A DNA stretch of 64,000 bases, from assembly GCA_000320545.1 (NCBI GenBank), contig ADNK01000512.1, forward strand, positions 62,001-126,000. Direction: 5' to 3'. The position numbers and the translations under genes are program-made. Source of the stretch: Bigelowiella natans CCMP2755. Lineage: Eukaryota; Protista; Cercozoa. Of this stretch, positions 18,894 through 32,048 are shown piece after piece. The notes under the pieces were generated by a model. The model had not been told where the DNA came from. It ran no database searches and was given only the letters and a program-made list of their open reading frames with translations. Position 1 is the stretch's first letter, and every line of letters begins with the position of its first letter.

Positions 18894-19740
18894 ATGCAAA
18901 GCAGCGGCTACAGCGCTTAAGTTGACATACACATGCTAGCATGTGATGTGTAAGCAATGTAGCCAGCGTAGCTAGCCTGTCTAGTTGCATGTGTCCAGCT
19001 ATAGTTAATTATGTTATGTATAATACATACAACTGTGCATGTAGTTCTAGCTATAGTTCACACGCCTAGAAATAGTACTTGTTCGTAATAGTAGACAACG
19101 TAATGTGATATATATGATATATATATTATGTCACTATGTCTATAATCGTTTTTGTATAGTGTCTAGAGCTTGAGCCAGACTAGCAGAGTGTCGTCGCTGC
19201 GTCGCGACATCTATGTAGTGTAGCATCGCGTCGCAATATACGACATATCTAGATATGCGCTAGACGCGAGTGTCTATACATTGCCTCTACATGTATCTAG
19301 ATATGTATTGATCGAGTAGCTATCTAGCTGCGAGCAATAGGACACCAAATAAACACCTTTTGCTACCTTTTGCAGCTCATAAGCATAAAGGTGCACTAGT
19401 GCAGCCCAAGGCGACAGATCAAAAAATTGATTATTATTTCGAGTTGTTATGCTTGAACCAACGAGCGACAATTGAACGAATAAAACAGCCAAGATGTGAG
19501 AAAAGCAGCGTCTCAACGTTTCATTTTTATTGGCTCGTCAGAAAAAGAGAGCTCAGAGAGGTTGCAAGTGTTTACACCTACACCTTTATCCGCAGAAGCA
19601 GAGTTGTCGGCAAAATTCTGCTGAACTAATTCGTTATGTTTATAAAAGGTGCAAAATTGTCCCCGCTGTAGACTAGAACAAGGGTGGTTGGTTGCACACA
19701 GGAACAACCGCAGCTAGTCGTTTGTCGATATTATGTAGCA

Positions 19741-20014
19741 TTATTTGTAGGTGCGCCAACCCAGTTCATGGGCATTATCATAGAAGCATTGCCGGCACAT
19801 ATCGATGCCGTATTTACGAATCAATCCCTACACAATCAAACCGCTTGGTTAGATCAGTTTTTACACTTGCTTTGCCCAGACATCATCCACAGTCACAACC
19901 ACGAAGAGCACAATTAACACAAGTACAGCATCGACTTGGAACCTTTCTGTTGTAGCATTGCTTGCATTGGCGGCCACCTTTGCTCTGTCGTCTTGGGTGC
20001 ATCATATATCCTGC
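19741..20014 (-). CDS. RPS29: RPS29/uS14 zinc-finger domain (exons 20014-19943 and 19827-19741)
   Basis: Translation: AGYMMHPRRQSKGGRQCKQCYNRK|GLIRKYGIDMCRQCFYDNAHELGWRTYK*. This matches the eukaryotic S29 pattern HPR..G.R.C..C....GLIRKYGL.MCRQCF....DIGF. Confidence 0.92.
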
Positions 20015-21152
20015 CTGTTATGATTGTGAAAGGAAAGGAAGCACTCAAATAGGAGATCATCATCATTGCAACTACCACCGCTGTCACTGCTGTTGCCCAC
20101 TCTTCTTACTTAATGAATCCAGGTAGTAGAATGTTTCAGTAATACCCGCTTGCAGTGAAAGTGGAGCTCATTGTGAGGTGAGTGGAATATGTCTTCCTCG
20201 TGTGACAGTTCATCCCATTCCTCCCTGGTTACGTATCCTTGAACGCGGTCGCCTTCACGGAGCCGCGCCCGCCAATTTGCTGCATGAGTAAAATCACAGC
20301 TTATGTATCATGGAGAGGGAAGTGACAGAAAAAGGAAAAAAAAGTTGGATTGAGCATCATAGGTTTTGTCTGGCCAGATGACAAAATATGAATGATACAT
20401 GGCAGTAGTAAATGACAATCTCCGTTACCGAATGAGCGTTTTTTTTCCTTCTGGTAATCGTTGTACTCTTTTTCGAGGAGAACTTGGTTCAATACAGGCC
20501 GACTTTCCCGCCCAGCCAGCAGATTTTTCTGATTTTCGCCATCCTCGCTGTCGTCTTCGTCATCGTCTCCATCGCTACCTCCACCACCCTCGTCGCCGTC
20601 GTCCACCTTCTCGTCGTCATCATCATTCTCGTCATCGTCGTCCTCCTCCTTCGCATTATCATCTCCGATTTCACCCTTGTTAACTTTCTCCACCTTCTTT
20701 GCCACGTCATCGTCATCGTCATCATCGTCGTCGTCCTTTTTCTTCCCGGCTTGGTACTTTGTCGCGATGCGATAGAAGAAACCAGCCTCGTCCGTAGTTA
20801 GGGAGGCGCCGAATTTCTCCGAAGAATCGACGGCACTATGTTCCTTTGAGTAATGCCATCATTCAAGTCAATGAAAGAAAGACAATGATAACAAAACGTC
20901 GGTTATACAGGTTTGCATTAGCGTGCAAAGTTCTATGCTATTTCTACTGCTGCTGCTCTTACCGGCCATCCTGATTCTTCATCGGAGTCCTCTGAATCAC
21001 CCCCTCCCCCTTTTCCTCCTTCTTCTTCATCCTCATCCTCCTCGTCCTCATCCTCATCTTCGTCCTCGGTCGGCGGGTTATATAACCCCAGCATCTTCCT
21101 TGTTGAGAGCTTTTGCAGATTTACAGGTTCCTTCGCCTTAATCTGAGGATAC

Positions 21153-21188
<36 letters not shown>

Positions 21189-22811
21189 AATTTTGGTCAT
21201 CAATCAATATCATCATCATCATCATCATCTGCTGCTTCTTGTTCAGGTCTCGGGATGGGTCTTCAAGTAATGGATATATTTTGTGTGTAGGATCTCTCTA
21301 GAGTTTCGCCTCTGATCTCAAAATGCGACAGTTTTCAGGGCATATGTTACACACCGGTCTTCCGTCACTTCCTTCGTCTTCATCGTCTTCATCCTCGTCG
21401 TCCTCTGCAGATTCACCTATTGTAAGTGCATTGACGATGCAAGCGTGTAATGTACGGAAAGAAAGGGGATAAATGAGAGCAACTCAATAATGAATCCAAA
21501 ATAATATCCACAGCTAATTTCGCACCTGTCTTATCCTCATCGTCGTCGTCATCTTCGTCGGTGACTCTAAGTTTCTTTATTTTGTCGGCTACATCGTCTT
21601 CGTCTTCATCGTCATCATCCTTATCGTCATCCTCGTCCTCATCCTGTCCACTTTCGGCTGTTCCACTTTTCTCCTTTTTCTTTTTCTTCTTCTTCCTCTT
21701 CACCGCTTTGCCTTCCCGTTCGTCCAAGAAACGCTGGACTTCCTCAAGCTGATATGGAAATGCTTCCATCAGAACATTTAACGATACCAAAGTAACAGGA
21801 AAGGAGGAAAAAAGGGGAAGCATAGAGGGTAGAGATTGTTTTGTGAATTAAATAGAACACTTACGAAGCTTTCGCTCATATCTCCATACCTAAGAAAAAT
21901 AACAATTCGATTAGGGAAAAATGACGGACGAAGCTTCAGTTGGTCAAATTGTCAACATCAAAGAAAGGGGGAAAGACTTAAGTGTTTTCTACAGATAAAT
22001 GCAACGACTGTGGGCAAAAGAATCAAGAGTAGTTGTAGCGTAGCGGCAGCGGATGTGGCGGTGGCGTTTACATTTCTTCATTCTCTTTCTCCCGCGCATC
22101 CGAACTCACTTCTGTGAACTCGTCTTCGTCTGTTGTGTCGGAAGGAAATGCTAGACCCGAGGTGAGTTTCCCTCCCCTCAGTCCATGTAACATGCTTTGA
22201 ATCGGGGCTGTCCTCGGATCAAGACTAAACAATATAGCCAATGAGAGAGGGGTAGGAAACGGGGGAGAGTATCACAAGGGAGTAATCATAATGATATCGT
22301 CGTATTTCCATAAACTTGATCATCACTGAAGTCGACAAAAAAGATGGGAAAACCTTACCTTGGTCCCTGTAATCCTCTCTGTTGTCCACCTCGCAATATC
22401 ACAGCAGCTCTGCGAGTAGGCGCATACGATAATGATGACGAATGCAATTTTTCTCTCGACGGGGCCGCTTGTTCTATCGATGACGAAAGCGTGGATAGTG
22501 CATGGAGTTCCCTCGTTAAGGATGCATTTCCGGTGGCAGAGTAATTGCATGATAGCACGAACAGTGCAACAATAGTGAAGAGCAACAAGTCCGAACCCAA
22601 TAAAGTGCAGCTCAGCCCTTTGGAATAGGAAAGGAGGAAGTGGAGGAGGAGGAGGTTGGATGAGGGATGAGATAGGGCGCGGGATGATCTTTGATGGACG
22701 CAAATGCACGCAAATGCACGCACGAACAAAAACATACACACGCATACCTCGGGTTCCTCCCTCCCGCCTCCTTCGGCGATGCAGATCGTACAACATCGCT
22801 AATGTCCTCAT
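19741..22811 (-). CDS. About 550-aa protein: signal anchor + transit-peptide-like leader, D/E/K-rich linker, C-terminal ribosomal protein S29 (uS14) domain
   Basis: Eleven phase-consistent GT-AG exons from ATG 22811 (MRTLAMLYDLHRRRRREGGTRGLSCTLLGSDLLLFTIVALFVLSC...) to TAA 19741-19743. One junction (intron 20145-20015) has alternative solutions. Confidence 0.7.
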
Positions 22812-23287
22812 AACAACAACATCGCTGATGCGGTGTAAAGATGAGGCTTTGGTGCGGTTATAATGTCGTTCTTCCCACCCTGGAGCAACCCAAATAGGAC
22901 GATGGCCTCTCACGCTCTATGGAGTTTTGGGGCGTATTCTTTGGTCTGGCAGCGGCAGCAGTCCCTCTCCCCTTTTTGTCTCCTCTGTTTATTTCTCTCT
23001 CTGTGTTGTTGCTTACACCGGGGGTTCGGCATTAAAAAATCTATGTCGCAGTGTGAAAAACGGATCGGGCTTTTTCCGAACCGAATAATTATTTTGCGGG
23101 GAAACCTGAAACAAATTAAAAAAACGGCCTTTCCGCCTGGGGCTTCCAATTTGAACGGTTTGAATTTCGGGCATACGAGTAGCTAGCGGAAAAGGGGGAG
23201 GCAACAGCGCAACACCACTCGCCCTCCGATCAGCGTATCATACCATATAGGGAGCAAAGCTGGTCCTCAATTAAGGAGTGGCAGAGA
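22812..23287. promoter_or_regulatory. Short bidirectional promoter region
   Basis: About 480 bp separate divergent start codons (22811 -, 23288 +). The region is free of microsatellites and has tandem TTTGAA at 23150 and 23159. Confidence 0.5.
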
Positions 23288-25327
23288 ATGCGTTGCTACT
23301 TCCCAACGGTGTTGATCTACATTCACATTAATACAAATGAAGCTACTCAATTGACACTGTAATGGAAAAATCCTAAGCATTTGTTCCTGTGATAATTTAG
23401 AGAGGGGGAAGTAATCCAGTGGTGCTATATCTACTTTCATTGAGTGTTGTGCTCCTTCTTTCTCCATGTACAGCCGTTCAAGCTCAGCAGGTTAAGATAT
23501 CATCCTTTAATCATTGCCGTACCAGCGTTCTCGTCGTAACAGCTACTAATGATTGTTGCAGAAAAACTATTACAAAGACGAAACGTCGGTGCCGGAAAAG
23601 AATTTACAACAGCAATATCCAAGAAGAGGCCATGATTCTGAGGCTTTATACGACGAAGACCGACCTGAGGCAGCCGCGCCAAGGGAATACTACCACGAAG
23701 ACGACGATCAGTACAACGACGAGCACGGAAATGATGTTGGAGCCGAGGTGCGTTTCCGAGAAACATACGAAGGCAGCGAGGAACTAGGGCAGATGGATGA
23801 CATGGATCCCGTCGACGAGGGATATTACAACACCGGCAGAAGGGCTCAGGGGGGGGGGACTGGCCCATACACGCAGAACAGGCTTGAAAGTGCACCTTCC
23901 GAAGAGGAGGAGGAGGAGGAGGACCTCCTTCCTAATGAACCGCGAGACCCAAGAATGGAGCGATATGATAAGAAAAATAGTCGATTCCATCGTGGCAGAT
24001 CACAGTACACACGTTATGGGGCAGTTTTTCAGCCGCGGCTCCCGTCGGAGAGGAAAATGAATCAGGAGTCTCGCAACCTGTACCACGAGGGAATGGCAGC
24101 GGGTTTGGCATCCTGGGTCCCTCCATCACAAGGTAGTGGATCATGATTTAACTTACTAACAATGTATAATGTAAGAACCACACTACCAAAACCACCGATG
24201 ATTGATAATTTTGGTGACGAAAATTACAAAATACTCAATTAAACCTGCACTGTTGTCTCTGCGTTCTAAAAGCCACGACAAATTTCCTCTACGACACGCT
24301 ACCTGAGCTTGCTCGAGAGAGGCAGATGGCGGCACTCAGTGGCGTCAGCCGTGCACCCGAACATCATTCAACAGCCTACGAACAGGTCCCACAGCAGCAG
24401 CAGCAGCAACAACAACAAAGGCCACCGACTAGTAGGAGCAGCAGGAACTATCAAAGAGATGGAAACTTTCAGGCGACAACAGAGACAGCGGCAGCAGGAC
24501 CCCCGCCACCACCCCTTTCACAACAGCAGCGTGAACCAAGACAGATTGCATACAATAATGCACAACTGCGGCAGCAACTACCACCACCACCACCACAATT
24601 AGTATCCCAGCAGCAAAAAGAGCTTTCAAGTAGCAGCGGTGCCTTGCCTCCTATTTCAGAAGGAGCGAATAATCCCGCAACAGAAGCAGCAGAAGAACTA
24701 CAAATGCGGCAAAAAGATATCGTCCAAGGAGGAGACGCAAGCTCATACGAAACCAATACTGGTGCTACAAATGATGGCGAAGGCGAAGCGACAATGAAGA
24801 CGCAACGCACCCCCCCAACACCCCCATCGTCATCTTTCAACGCCAATCAAAACATGAGCATGATGACTAGGAAGAGCAATATTACCGCTATTAAATCAAC
24901 GAAATCAGCGGTAGAGCGGCAGCCCCAGCATCGAAGAGAAGGAGGGGGTGCGGGGGGAGGGGGAGTGAGTGGAGGACACCAGCAGCTCCACAAAGCGGTT
25001 GTGCTTCCCATCCCTCATCCAGCGATCACGGAAGAAGACAACACAGGCATCCTTCGCAATTCTGGTGATATCAACATCAACAAGATCCTGGACGATGATG
25101 ATTCCGAATCGTTCACGATGAGGTTCCGCGAAAAGGCGGAGACCCCGCTCCCAATGACGCGCACGCACGCAAGACATGCGGCAGCAGAGGGAGAATCTGC
25201 CGTAGGTGCTTCTGGGTCTAGCAGCAGCAAACTAAAAGCACACAGCAAAGAGGAGGCCCAAGCAATGCATGGAGGGGGGCAGGCTATGTCTGCAGGAGCA
25301 GGTGGCTAACTTATTGCCGAAGAAAGG

Positions 25328-25370
<43 letters not shown>

Positions 25371-26168
25371 GGCAAATCGAAGCACAGGAGGAGGCGAGAG
25401 GAAAGTCGAGAGACCAAAATGGGTGAAGGAAGCACAATGGATGAGAAGGAACATTGGAAGGAGAAAAACAGTTGCCAGATTATCATTTCCCCCCCAATTA
25501 CATCGTTACATTTGTGCATAGACGCCTCACGTAAACGAAAAAGAGAAGAGAGATCCTTTCTTCATATATTACATATTTCTCCTACTTAAAATAGCAAGGG
25601 ATGTTCCTTCTTTAACAAACTCCTCCATCTCGTCCTTCCTTTCTTTTTTATTTGCTTGTTGTTGCAGGCCTTTTGAACTCCGTGCTCAACGTGCTGACCT
25701 CCAACAAGCGAAAGAGCTTAGAGACGTCAGCAATGGTTGTGATTTCTCATAGAGCAGCAGCAGCAGCAGCAGCGCCAGCTGCCTCTTTGCTCATGTTCCA
25801 GTTTGTATATTTCGGGTGGTGAATGTATCATATGAGTAGTCAGTAGTTGCATCGACAGAGGTTTTGGAAAGTAGTGATGATATGATTATGGCTACAATAA
25901 GCGTGCTTTGTATCATAAATCTAGTTGAATATATGCACACACTCTACCGTCATGTAAAATCAGCGACAACCTCTCTTACACTTCATTTTCCTGTTCCCTC
26001 GGTCTTTTCCTCTTTCTACATATCCCTCTCTCCCTCTCCCCTCCCCCCCCCCTCTCTCTTTTGCATTCGTGTTTCTCTGCTACCGCCTGTTGGTTGTCCC
26101 AGGTGGAGCGCCATGAAAGGGAGGCACTACGGAAACAGCAGGAGTTGGACAGAGAAAAGGCATGTGTT

Positions 26169-26207
<39 letters not shown>

Positions 26208-27077
26208 AAAAGGCAGACAGAGAGAGAGAGAGAGAGAGATAGAGAGAGGGGGGGGGGGGGGGAGAGAGAGAACGGTAAGGGTGAGAACAGACGGTAATTT
26301 TTGAGAAGATGTACCTCGTCGGCGACAGATGCTTCCTGGTCCTCCTTTCAATGATCATCTCAAAATTTCGGTGGAAATTATCCTTGTGATTGTGCTAACT
26401 ACTTCTACTACTACCACTACTACAACAGTCAAGTCTTGAAGAGAGCGAAAAGGTGTCACGCCGCCTGGAAATCTGTTTAGGTATTAAAGCTATTCTCGCT
26501 GTAGCTACGTAAATTATGACGACAGTCATCATGATGATGGTGGTGGTGGTGGTGGTGGTGATAATGATTATGATGATAGTTATTGTAATTATTGTTGTTA
26601 CTACGGAATACAGTCGCGGCGCAAAAGAATGGCAGCTTCGGGGTCGAGAAGGCGCGTGAGATGGTGTCAGAACAGGTTATTAACATGAGTGAGAAATGCG
26701 GCGATTGTGGTATATTTTCACGATTAAAACGCGCATATTCCTATTGTGCACATACAGCTGCGGCTTGAATCGTGGGAGGAACGGTTGAAGAAGAGGTCTT
26801 TACACTTACATACGAAAAGAAGAAGAAGAAGATGTATTTTTATCAACGAACGACGAAAGCAAGGGCATCTTCACAACGATCCTCCATTACCTCTATGCTA
26901 GACCGAGATTTTCCGGAATATAATAGTGTTAACAATATGACCTATTGACGTCTCGTTCAATCCGAGAAATGATTTGCCGCTGAAATTCCTATTTCGTTCT
27001 GTTGCCATTCATGCAGGGATGCTGAAGGAAAAGCGAAGCAAGCGAAGCTAGGTTTTTTTGCGTATTTACGATGTGTA

Positions 27078-27136
<59 letters not shown>

Positions 27137-28276
27137 GTTAATACATTGGATGAGACAAATCGTCGCAATGGACATTACCCTCCTTTTCGCCGTTTCCTAT
27201 TCGGAATCTCTACGCAGTAGAATTATGAATCATTACTATTGTGGATATCTTTGCTATCATCGAAGACGTTGTATGGTGTGGTCCTCCTTTCCTCGTTTTT
27301 ACCCCTTTGATCGTCTTCTTTTACCAGTTCATTAAATTTACTACTACTTCTACTACTGCTGCTGCTGCCGCTGCTACAGAGCTCCGAAATCAAACGCTCG
27401 ATAAAAGGAACGAAGATCTTGAGGTCCATGTTAATAACGATCTGTCAGCTGCTACTATTAGTACTGCTCGCTTTGCCTTCTTGCTTTCCCTCTTCTCCTC
27501 CTCCTGACTAAGATGCGTGATTTATCTTCAATGGTTTCGAATCTACCGCAACAGAGCAGCAGCAACAAACACTGCTACTACTACTACAACTAATAATAAT
27601 GATTATGACAATACGGCAGGAGCTGAAGAATTCATTCGTGACGAAAGAGAATTCCTACAAGCAGAAGATTGCAGAGCTCTCTGCAAAAGCGGGCAGTCTG
27701 AAACAGCACCTGGACCAGGTGATTGACGATTGTGATTTCGCTCTCCTACACCACCACAACCATCATCATTGCATCTTCCTCATCATGCTCAGGCCACAGC
27801 CCACGTCGCTGTTTTGCGAGAGCAAGTTCGTAGTCATCAAGATAGCGCGATCTTACAGCAGCAGCAACAACAAATGGAGAGGGACGATGACGACGACGAT
27901 ATCAACACCAAGAAAACCTCCTTGGCGCATGCTGAAAGGGAGGCGGAGGGGGATTCAGAGGGGGCAGACGATGGTACTATTGGTGACATTGCAGCAATGT
28001 ATTTTGAAAATTGTGGTAGTAATAACTGTGTGTTTGAAGGTGATGATAATGAGGACGAAGCACAAGCCACGTCCACGAGTATGGCTTCTCTGCCGACAAC
28101 GCCGCCAACAAACCCTAGATTTGCATACGCTTCTTCTTCTTCTTCTTCTTCTTCTTCTTCTCTCTCTTCATCGTTGCACTACTCCTCTTCGATCTCTTCC
28201 AGACTCAGAGCGCGGTGTGCCATGCATCAGGTGCTGCGTGCAGTGTATATTATGCATATCTGTGTGTATATGCGAT

Positions 28277-28309
<33 letters not shown>

Positions 28310-28467
28310 ATCACAACCTATTACATACACCCGCAACAACCGCATGCAAACATACAATCCATTCTCCGCCATACCAGGATTGTGGAGACTGCGCAGCAGA
28401 TATTGAGTGCGGATGGTGTGGCGCCTCGCAGGTACAGGCTTGATCTCCCTCCCCCCATCACCCCCCC

Positions 28468-28511
<44 letters not shown>

Positions 28512-29137
28512 TTCTCTTTCTTTCTCGTGCAGACATTTTGTATGTGACATGTTCGTTGCCTAATGTGCATTTTGTACGAACAAAGCTCCACCTCAACCAA
28601 TATCGTCATATGCATCATCTCCACAGTCCTGCATGGCCGGCAACGTACATCTCGATGGGGGGGGGAAATGCGATGCGACTACGTGGAATTACCTCTCTTG
28701 TCCTGGCTACAAATGCCAGCAATACAGGTGCGCATCGCATGCATGTGGTACACTCTCATTATCGTCTCCACCACTTCTTAACAATTTCGCTGCCTGCTCG
28801 TCTCCCCACCCCCCAGGGACTGCAAAACCTGCGTGTCAGACCCGAAGTGTGGCGTGTGCAAGGCCTCGAGCGACTTCCGATGTGTGGCGCTTGGGGGAGG
28901 GAACAGTAACAACAATGGTGGAGTTGAGCAAGCAAGGTTTCTTTCATCTTCCTCCTCCTACACTGATGATGAGGAGGGGGGCAGAGACTGGTGTCCAGCT
29001 GGCAACCTGCTGAGAGCTACTCCAGACGCATTCAAGTAAGACTAATGAGCAGGGGTTGCATGCCGCGGCTTTCTATGACGTAGTAGTAGTAGTAGTAAAC
29101 AGTTATAACAGTGCCGGCGCACCGCAAATGCACACGT

Positions 29138-29177
<40 letters not shown>

Positions 29178-29322
29178 TTTTACTTCCCATCTTCTCCCGA
29201 TAGGATAATGTCCTACAACGTGTTCGGGCGCGACCGCTACCAAGAACGCGAGCGGTTGCACAGAATCGTCACCGAAATCGCTGATAAGTCGCCGCACTTC
29301 ATCACGCTGCAGGTAGTAGTCA

Positions 29323-29354
<32 letters not shown>

Positions 29355-29699
29355 ACCAGCTTGATGTAGATTTCACGTTAGGGTAGTGTAATTCTATTAA
29401 CATCAATAGTCGAAGTTTCTCGTAATTTTTGTGCTGCCTCCCCTCCCTTTCTCCTCCTCCTCCTCCTCACCCCCTAGGACGCTCACGCTTGGGTTGCAGA
29501 GGGCATCAAAAACAGCAATGTGGGGCAATATTACCAGTACTCTGGTTTTGGAGAGAACGGCAATGAGGTAGTAATAGTGGTGATGGTAGCAGCAGCAGTA
29601 GAAAAACAATCAGTTAAAACAGAAAATTAAGATAAAGCAGTGCTCTGATGTTTCACTCATCATTACCGACGCTTGCGTACTAACAAAGCAACAAATTTC

Positions 29700-29742
<43 letters not shown>

Positions 29743-32048
29743 CTCGTTCAGAGCCCAGCTGGTCTCATGATTCTGTCCAAATTCCCGCTGAAAAAGGTAC
29801 GGTTGTTACCGCAGCATTTCCCCTTCTTTTCTTCCTGACCATCATAATTACTGCCGCATCGATACACCACCCTCCCTCACGCACTTCTACCTGGCTACTA
29901 CTTGGTCGCTTGATAAACAGACTGCATACTACGAGGAGCGCAAGCCAGGACAGTTCTCCTCAGATCAACGAGCGAAGGCAATGATGATACTAATGACGAT
30001 TACAGTGCATGTGACAGTGAAGGCTTAGTTATCATCGCCCTCGTGCGTAGAAAAAAGTATACGTCGACTGACTTCTTCACCATCATTATCATCGTCATCA
30101 TCGCTGCCATTGATAGCAAATTGATCTTCGCCCTCCCTTCCTTCTCCGCTGATGCTCGTTGTTAGGTGCTGATAGCTGTGCCGGACCTTCAGCCACAGGG
30201 CACTGATGTATGTAATAGTAATAGTAGTAGTAGTAGTTGCTGTTGATACACTGACGCATACGAAATGGTGACAATACTAGTCTTAGTATAGAACATTAAT
30301 CACATTGGAAGTGTAAAGATAGGGAGAAGAGAAAAGGAGGTGGGTGAGGTGAAATGCAATAACCAATAGAGATGAACTCCAAGTACACGCCATTCCCACC
30401 GACAGAGATGTCAATTTAACACGTGTATGATTATTATTTGTAATATTATCAGTCGCTGGTTATCGCAACGACATCAATACCGCCTTCTGGTGAGTATTAA
30501 GGAGAATAGGAATCATAAGACGTTTCAGTGGTGGTGCCAAGCTTGGCGGCTGTACATTATCGTCATCTATTATCATAATTCTCATCATTGTCTATGACTA
30601 TTCGTCGTTGTTGCCGTAGTCATTCTCACCATCCTTCTTCGTCCTCGTATACAGCGACTCCGGAGAGCAAAGCCAGCAGCTTGGATTTCATCTTCTCGGT
30701 GCTATCGATGTACAAAAAGGTTTTATAATAACAATAATAATAGTAATAATGATAATGATAAGAATAGTAAGAATAATAAGAGGGCAACGGAGGGGCAGTT
30801 GTTTACAGATCATCTCCTTAAGCTACCACCCAAGAAATATAGGAGAGAGATTCCTCGATATCTACTATCAAATTTACTACTACTAATAATAATAATGATA
30901 ACAATAATGAAAATAATGATATTACTACTATCTGACAAAACCACTACACTCGCTATACTTATAGAACGTCGTCCTTACTGGTGATTTCAATTTTGACGCT
31001 GGTGCAGAGGTAGGAGTAGTAGTACTCCACAATACGCGGCATGTAGGGAAAGGGGAGGGGGATGGAGGAAGAGAAAGATAGAGAGAGAGAGAGAGAGGGG
31101 GGGGGGGGGGGGGGGGGGAGAGTGAAGGGAACGAATAATAGCTGCGACTAAGAGAATTGATCTTACAGCCGGAGTCGACGCACATTCCCGCACAATATGC
31201 AGACATATGGTAGTACCGCTGCAAACCACTTAGCATTAGTTGTGCTTGTCTCGCTCATCCTCCTCCTCCTTTTCCTCCTCCTCCATGATGATGATGATGA
31301 TGCCGTTAGCTGATGCTGAGTACGAGCGTACAGATGATATTGTATGAACGATAATGCGGTGACGGCCTTTTACTTCATCATCATCATCATCATCATCATC
31401 ATCTGCTGCTGCTGCTGCTTCTTCATCATCATCATCATCATCTTCTTCTTCTTCTTCTCTAGGTCAACCATCCATGTGCAAGATCGAGGAGCAACGTGGG
31501 ATCCAACCACAAACATGTATGCCATGAAAACGGACAGGTCGCTGCCATCATAGATATAATACACTAACGTGTACAAAGCCCGTCTTTATGAAGAAGAAGA
31601 GTATGAGATGATGACAGAGACTTGCCGTTTGATTTCTCTTCACCCCCCTTCCCCGCACCTGCCCTTTCTGAAGTATTATGTACATTTATACCCTTCCTCA
31701 TCCTCTCTCGTTTTTCTCTAGCCACTCGCTGCCGTCGCGTGTAGATCGCGTATTCGTTGGGTCAACTCATTGGAAGCCCAGGTCCCCACTCTCTCTACAA
31801 TGTGTCATTTGACGATGATGATGATGATGATGATGATAAATGATGATGACGTTTTTTGTGGGCGCTGAATTCTTGCACATATTAGAGTTTTCTTTGTTGA
31901 TGTTAGCGGAATAAACAAATACCACTTGCTGTTTGTTCTCTTCAGATCCATCGAACTAGTTGGGAAATGCGATGACTCTGGAGTGTGTCCATCAAACAGA
32001 TACGGCATATATACAGAATTAAGCCTTTATCAAGCGTTCTGCAGTTAG
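23288..32048 (+). CDS. Large secreted protein: signal peptide, low-complexity region, coiled coil, two PSI-like Cys repeats, C-terminal EEP (TDP2-like) domain
   Basis: More than 20 phase-consistent exons. Signal peptide VVLYLLSLSVVLLLSPCTAVQA. PSI-like segments CAMHQDCGDCAADIECGWCGASQSCMAG and CQQYRDCKTCVSDPKCGVC. EEP motifs IMSYNV, FITLQD, GLMILSKFP, VVLTGDFN, DIW, GATWD, RVDRVFV, PSNRYGI. TAG at 32046-32048. Confidence 0.85.

Noticed and set aside
27599-28909. 436-aa ORF in the track, and many similar ORFs with YIYI, ERER, CVCV or HTHT runs
   Set aside because: These are read-through of microsatellite introns or shadow frames; the real exons switch frame.
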